Of a stretch of DNA of 64,000 nt, positions 43,156 to 64,000 are shown one piece after another. The notes under the pieces were generated by a model. It worked only from the letters and a program-made list of their open reading frames with translations, did no database searches and was not told the DNA's origin. The translations under genes were made by a program, and so were the position numbers. Within the stretch, counting starts at the first letter, position 1. Each line of letters opens with the position of its first letter. The DNA lies in assembly GCF_964355755.1 (NCBI RefSeq), contig NC_092676.1, positions 23,268,871 to 23,332,870 on the forward strand, in the 5' to 3' direction. Origin of the DNA: Antedon mediterranea (taxonomy: Eukaryota > Animalia > Echinodermata).

Positions 43156-44775
43156 TTATTTCAGTTTTTTTTTTCTGCTTTTCCTCTTCTATTTTTATTT
43201 ATTTTATTTTCTTTTTATTTATTTTTCTTTTCTTTGGATACGCACAATTAAAATATATAAATAAAGACACTACTCCTTTTTAAATACTCAATAAAAAATA
43301 TGTTTAATGTTAAAAACGAGGAGACCAGAGAAGGAAGATTGTTTTCTGACAAAATGGCAAAGAAACTTTAGAATTGTCTTATGAATGAATGCGTACAGCA
43401 CCAATTCTTTCCACCCTCCATCCCAACCAAGTCCTGTTGCACAATCGGTGTGTAAATTTAAAATTGTTTTGAGAATTGGGTTTGGCCTACTGGTAATATT
43501 ATGGTGTTTTAATTAGTACTAGATTTCGTGTTTGTTTTGGAAACAAGTCAAGTTTAAACATGCAACTAAACTATCGCTTTCATACCATCTTGCAAACCGA
43601 TATGAGGCGTGTGGTTCTGGTATACTGCCATAAAACCACATTGATCCACATACTGTAATTGGATGGCGTACAGTATAGGCTACATTTTGAGTTACTTGTG
43701 TCCACTGCAGCGCACGGATCAACATTCAATTACAAGTATTGTTGTATCGTTATTGATTGAAGATCGCTATTGATTGAAGATCGTTATTTATTGATTTCAA
43801 ATATTTTATTGATAGATGTTAATTGTTAAATATTGTGCAGATATAAAATTGTAGCCATCCAATCTTGAAATGAGACTGCTAACATATTGTATGATAACAT
43901 AGTTTAAAGTTAAGAGTTATTCCAAACTGTGCAAGCTACTGTATGTTTGTTGAATAGAGGGCGGCAATGATGTTCTTCGTTATAACCTATGGATTTAACG
44001 TTGTTATATACAAATTTGTCACTGAATCCAATTAATGTTTCAATTATGTTAAATGCATGCTAAAGACTAGTTTATGTCCAATAGAATTAATGGCATCGGT
44101 GTCAATAAGGGTATTTCCTCACGAAATATTTTTTTTAAGGGCGTGACAATTTGATAATGTTTTGGGTTTATGTATTTGCCTATAAACCACCACATGGATC
44201 ACGAGTGGCCTAAAGTAGGGAGAATCCTCACGATCCCACGTGACTAGGAAAATAAATGGAGAGAGCATGTACCAAATTATAGTAAATGTATCACGCTCAA
44301 ATTGCATCTGCAGCCGCCGAGATATTTCAGAAGGAACTTGGATGTTATATAAATCCATAAAAAAACATTTCATAATTTGTAGCAGTGGAATGCATCTTAT
44401 TTTAATACTCATCGTATTGGAGTTTCGTAACTCGTTGACTACATATATCCATTATGATCTGACCATACACTAAAATAAGGATTTTTACTGTCATAGTCTA
44501 GATTTGAACTCAATCATTGTATTTGGAGGCAAGCAGCTGTCGCCATCAACTTCAGGCCTCCATCCACACACAACATTATCCTAATTTAGTTCTTTCTGAT
44601 CGTATATTATATTATAATGTGATTGTATTTATTTGTGTGTGGAAAATCAATAAAACAAACAAACAAACAAACCGCCGGTCATTGCTGATAAACTTACATA
44701 CCCTCAACAAACAGTGAAATGTATACATTTTTTAGTACTATCCAGGTGTTCTGTCTAATGGTTACGTAACTATTG

Positions 44776-44837
44776 ACCAATCAACAAAAAGTATTTCTAT
44801 TATTATGCTAATTATTTCATCACTGTCTCTATATAAA
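44776..44837 (+). promoter_or_regulatory. Core promoter of the FAS1 (pseudo)gene: CCAAT box and TATA box
   Basis: gaCCAATca at ~44777 and TATATAAA at 44830-44837, about 85 nt upstream of the ATG. Confidence 0.6.
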
Positions 44838-44915
44838 CCTAGTGTTTCGACGTCTGTTGTTGATTGCGAGTAGAAGGACAATTTGAATTGCGTGATACAC
44901 CTAAGCTTAAAGAAG

Positions 44916-47417
44916 ATGAAGTTGTTGATCGTGCTAGTGTCTCTGAGCCTGGCGTATGCGTTGCTTCAAGCGATAAAGATGTATAATATAAAGCTACCAG
45001 TATCGTACAGCGGCGTTGGTGAAGACACAATTCTTGAATTGGCCCAGACCCTAAAACTTACCAAATTATTTGAGCTTATATCTAAATTGAATTTTCAAGA
45101 AACACTTTTCGTACAAGGTACGTATCTTTTAACGGTAGGCCTACTTCGGTTAGAAATACGTTGCAAAAACATTCGTATAACCCTTATTTAATATTTTAAA
45201 TATTACTTCAGGACCCTTTACTCCCTTTGCACCAACCGATGACGCGTTTGCTAAGCTGTCTTTCTACAGTTTGAGAATTACTGACCGACGTTCTTCTGCA
45301 CCATATTGCTAGAACCGAAATTTAAAAAAAAAAAAATAAATAAATAAATAAATAAAAATAAAATAAAGAATGAAGAACTTGTGAAAAGTCGTCTAGGATC
45401 TGCACAAGTTCGTATAAACATCCACGACAAGGTATGACACAGGATGGTGTACTTGTCTTTTTAAGCTTTTACTAAAAATAGGGCTAATAAAATATCTACC
45501 CACCCCAACATATTACCCAACTTAATTTGCATTCTCTTTTATATTTATTTCAGGTTATCACTGTAAACGGTTGTCCGATCTCTAAACCTGACCAAGTGGT
45601 TCCCAATGGCGTTATCCATTTAATTGACTACGTTATGTTCCCTATTCCCAATGGCGACATTCCATCTGTGGTAGCTAGTCATTTCGATTTTGCAACTTTA
45701 CTGGAAGCGGTTCGGGTTGCCGGCCTATTCTGAAATACTTGAAGGTACAGTGTATATTTGGCCTTGAATATCGATGCAACCGTATAGTATTACTGGTGAT
45801 TTCAATAGATGAATTGATGACTTTAATTTGCATATTACAGGTGACTCGCAAACCTTACTCGCCCCGACCAACGCGGCGTTCCATAAGCTTTCCTTTGATA
45901 CGATTAAAAGGATAATGGAGGACAAGGAAATCACTTAATAAAGGGAACAGTTTTCAGTGTTGCTTTACAAAATGGTGGCGAAGTAACTACTACACTCAAG
46001 AATAAACTGCTCATATCCATTGACGCAGATAGTAGTGGTAAGTGCGGTTACGGACATGCATAGGCTTATTATATTAATTCTACAATTGTCGCAACAACTA
46101 ATTTATTATGTCTTACAGAAATCAAAATCGGCAAAGCTACTGTTATTTACGCGGGTGAGACTACCACCAATGGGGTTTCCACGCCATCGACACTATGCTT
46201 CTCCCACCCACCCTAAAAATAAAAACTTTACTTGACATGATCTCTAAATTAAAATTTCAAGAAACTCTTTTCGTTCAGGGTAGGTATAGATTTTAGTAGG
46301 CATAATTTACGTGTATTGCTATCCGATTAAACTTAGGGCTACGTGTAACGTCCCATTTTCTTTTTTCATTTAGGGCCATTCACTCTCTTCGCTCCATCTG
46401 ACGACGCGTTTAGAGCACTCCATCCCTACGATTTACATCGCTTGCAATCGAACAACGAGTTATTGACGGACGTTCTTCTGTACCATATTTCTGGAACCAA
46501 GATTTCTTCAGATCAGTTTCCAAATGAACAACTTGTTCCGAGTAGACTAGGATCTACAAAGATTCGCGTCAACGTCTATGACAAGGTATCCACCCTATAC
46601 CGTACTAATACTACCTTAATGTGTAATACAATAAATAAATAACTTTCTTTGCTAATATTAATTCAATACATAATTGTATTGCAGGTTATTGCCGTAAACG
46701 GATGCCCCATCTCTATGCCTGACCAAATCCTAAAGGAGTTGTCCACGTCATTGACTACGTTATGTATCCCATTTCCACTGGTGACATTCCCTCTACATGG
46801 TAGCCAACAATTTCGATTTCTCAACTTTGATGGAAGCTGCCAGAGTTGCCGGCCTAATGGAAAAACTTGAAGGTAGTTTGTTTCTCCTCATAGGTTAGGC
46901 CTATACGTTGCCAACTAATTTTACCAGTTCATACTGGGATTGTGATTATAATACAAATCATCTTATTTACATTACAGGTGGACCATACACACTTCTCGCC
47001 CCAACCAATGCCGCATTTCGTAAGCTTCCTTATGATACACTTAAAGCTGTCATGGGCGACAACGACATGTTAACGAAGGTCATCAAAAACCACATGCTCG
47101 ATGGAACAATATTCCATGTTGGACTATTGGTCCAAACGGCGGTAAGTAGGCTTTCTGAATTCATATATGCCTAACTAAACGGGAATTAAGCAAAAAATGA
47201 CCGGAAATATTTTCAAATCCAGTATCAAGCATCCTTCAGTGGCGTTGTGCTAAATTTCAGAATGTTCACCTTTTCGTATTTTTCCTTTCAGAAACCAAAA
47301 TAGGCGAAGCTGCCCTGGACTTCTATGACGTCACTGCCACCAATGGTGTTCCTCACGTCATTTGATACGGTGCTCATCCCTAAAGGTCTACATGTACACA
47401 TGGTTATAGAAGAATAG
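44916..47417 (+). pseudogene. Fasciclin (FAS1)-domain secreted protein pseudogene, TGFBI/periostin-like; two paralogous halves
   Basis: Signal peptide MKLLIVLVSLSLAYA; FAS1 H1 (GPFTLFAPSDDAF, TLLAPTNAAF) and H2 (NGVIHLIDYVM, NGV.H.ID) motifs. Exons 44916-45117, 45212-45431, 45554-45744, 45841-46037, 46119-46279, 46374-46585, 46685-46872, 46978-47141, 47292-47417. Frameshifts, stops or deletions near 45277, 45322, 45728, 45935, 46178, 46730, 46795, 47125 and 47362. Confidence 0.88.
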
Positions 47418-47483
47418 ATCAGCAAGGCATAATAATGATATGATTATTCTGCTCCAAATTCTGTAATATATATATTTATACGC

Positions 47484-47489
47484 AATAAA
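47484..47489 (+). terminator. Polyadenylation signal of the FAS1 (pseudo)gene
   Basis: AATAAA about 67 nt after the terminal TAG (47415-47417), followed by GT/T-rich sequence. Confidence 0.5.
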
Positions 47490-48598
47490 AATTGTTTAAA
47501 AAAAGATACCGTACGTGTTTGTTTAGTAATTGTGAACCTACTGCTATATAAATATACCAAAACGACTATCCGACGACTAATCACTAAATATATTTTTTAA
47601 TGCCATGTGTCGCATAATAATTATTCACTTTGACCAACAATTAGATCCAAAATAGTTAATTTCGCTTGAAATTACACAATGACTTATTCAATCCAATAAC
47701 CAATGAGAAAAATTCCTATTCACTGCTTCCTGATATTTCTGAGGTAATAGACGCAATTATTATTAATTAAACTGGACTGGGAAAAAACAGAGCCATATAT
47801 AGCTCTGGGAAAAAAATGGTTATACTGCCCTCTAGAGTTAAGTTTATTAATTGAAGTGGCATTTTTAAAAAACACAACAAACGAAGATCGGTGGTCGCAC
47901 AACCTAAATATATTAAGTAGAATTCTTGTGCTAAAATAGCCCATTTGTTATCCAGAAAGAGTAAGGTATCGGTATACTTTTTCTATTACATGGTAGTAGT
48001 GGCTAGTAGGCGCATATGTTATTGGATTACTTTTAGGCCTAGCCTAGCTGCTGCGGCTGAGGTTGTCAGCGGCCGAGCGAGAGAAGCGTACGCCGTAGGC
48101 TTAGGTCAGGAGGACCCTACCAAACCAAGCCAGCTAGTAGGAGGCCTACGGAAACGTACCTAACCTGGAATATTCACGTGACGTACTATTCTACATACAT
48201 AAGCCTACTGTTAGGCCTAGGACGTTGCGGTTATGAGGCTCTCGGCGAAGGCCTAGCCTACATTTCTTCTTGCATTTTGGAAAAAATACAAACAGTGAAT
48301 CACATGTAAATGTTTAGACTCATTGATTTTCAAGCATTATTTTAATTTAAGTTTGTTTTGTAGCCTAATGTTTTTTTTTTAGAATGGAGAGCAGTGAAGT
48401 AGGCCTATAGATAGCACTACTAGATAGTAAGTGCATGTACTGTACTCTATGCAGTGGGAAGAGGCCTAGGCTACTACTGGAGTTCAAATCATGAAACATC
48501 TGAACCTCAATACACAATGACTTGTTTGGATGATGAACAGTTGCTGGTAATGTAATTCTACAATATAAATTTGAATAAAAAGGCACAATACCATAAAC

Positions 48599-63741
<15,143 letters not shown>

Positions 63742-63787
63742 GTAACATCTTTTTTTACTGCTATGCTCAAATACTAAACACTAAATA

Positions 63788-63937
63788 CAGTCAACTCTCC
63801 CAATACTCTGGCCAAATGTGTCTGGGTTTTAATGTGTTTTTAATGGTAAAAAAGAATTTGGGACCTTTTGGGCCCTAAGAAAGGTTTGGTATTGAATTTC
63901 TGGTTTTCAGAGAGTCTGGTATTGGGAGAGTTGACTG
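63788..63937. mobile_element. Tc1/mariner-type MITE, CAG...CTG termini, TA TSD
   Basis: TA-cagtcaactctcccaatac ... gtattgggagagttgactg-TA, perfect 19-bp TIR. Confidence 0.85.
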
Positions 63938-64000
63938 TACAAGTTTTTCTATTGTGTTAATACTGCACAAACATCATCTAACAAAAAAATGATTTAACCA

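Noticed and set aside
48384-48410. Upstream ATG as the true POLQ start
   Set aside because: MESSEVGL-stop, out of frame with 48599; at most a uORF.

Overview
AT-rich, intron-containing animal genomic DNA; a marine invertebrate, probably an echinoderm or other deuterostome (inferred from style only). Three genes are visible. (1) The first coding (bHLH) exon of single-minded (sim) on the minus strand at 26994-27168; no later sim exon could be found in 1-26993, so that stretch is probably one large intron. (2) A multi-exon fasciclin (FAS1; TGFBI/periostin-like) pseudogene at 44916-47417, made of two paralogous halves joined inside an exon. (3) DNA polymerase theta (POLQ), plus strand, from 48599 past the window end, with 18 phase-consistent exons. 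The rest is SINEs, MITEs and local tandem duplications. Two observations stand out. A young 782-bp element with long TIRs and a 9-bp TSD sits inside POLQ coding exon 1 and introduces a stop, yet its own termini offer GT/AG sites that would splice it out in frame, and an in-frame ATG. The palindrome TAGGCCTA occurs about 35 times by eye (under 1 expected), and repeat-copy comparisons show it arising by insertion at TA sites. All coordinates and counts were derived by eye.
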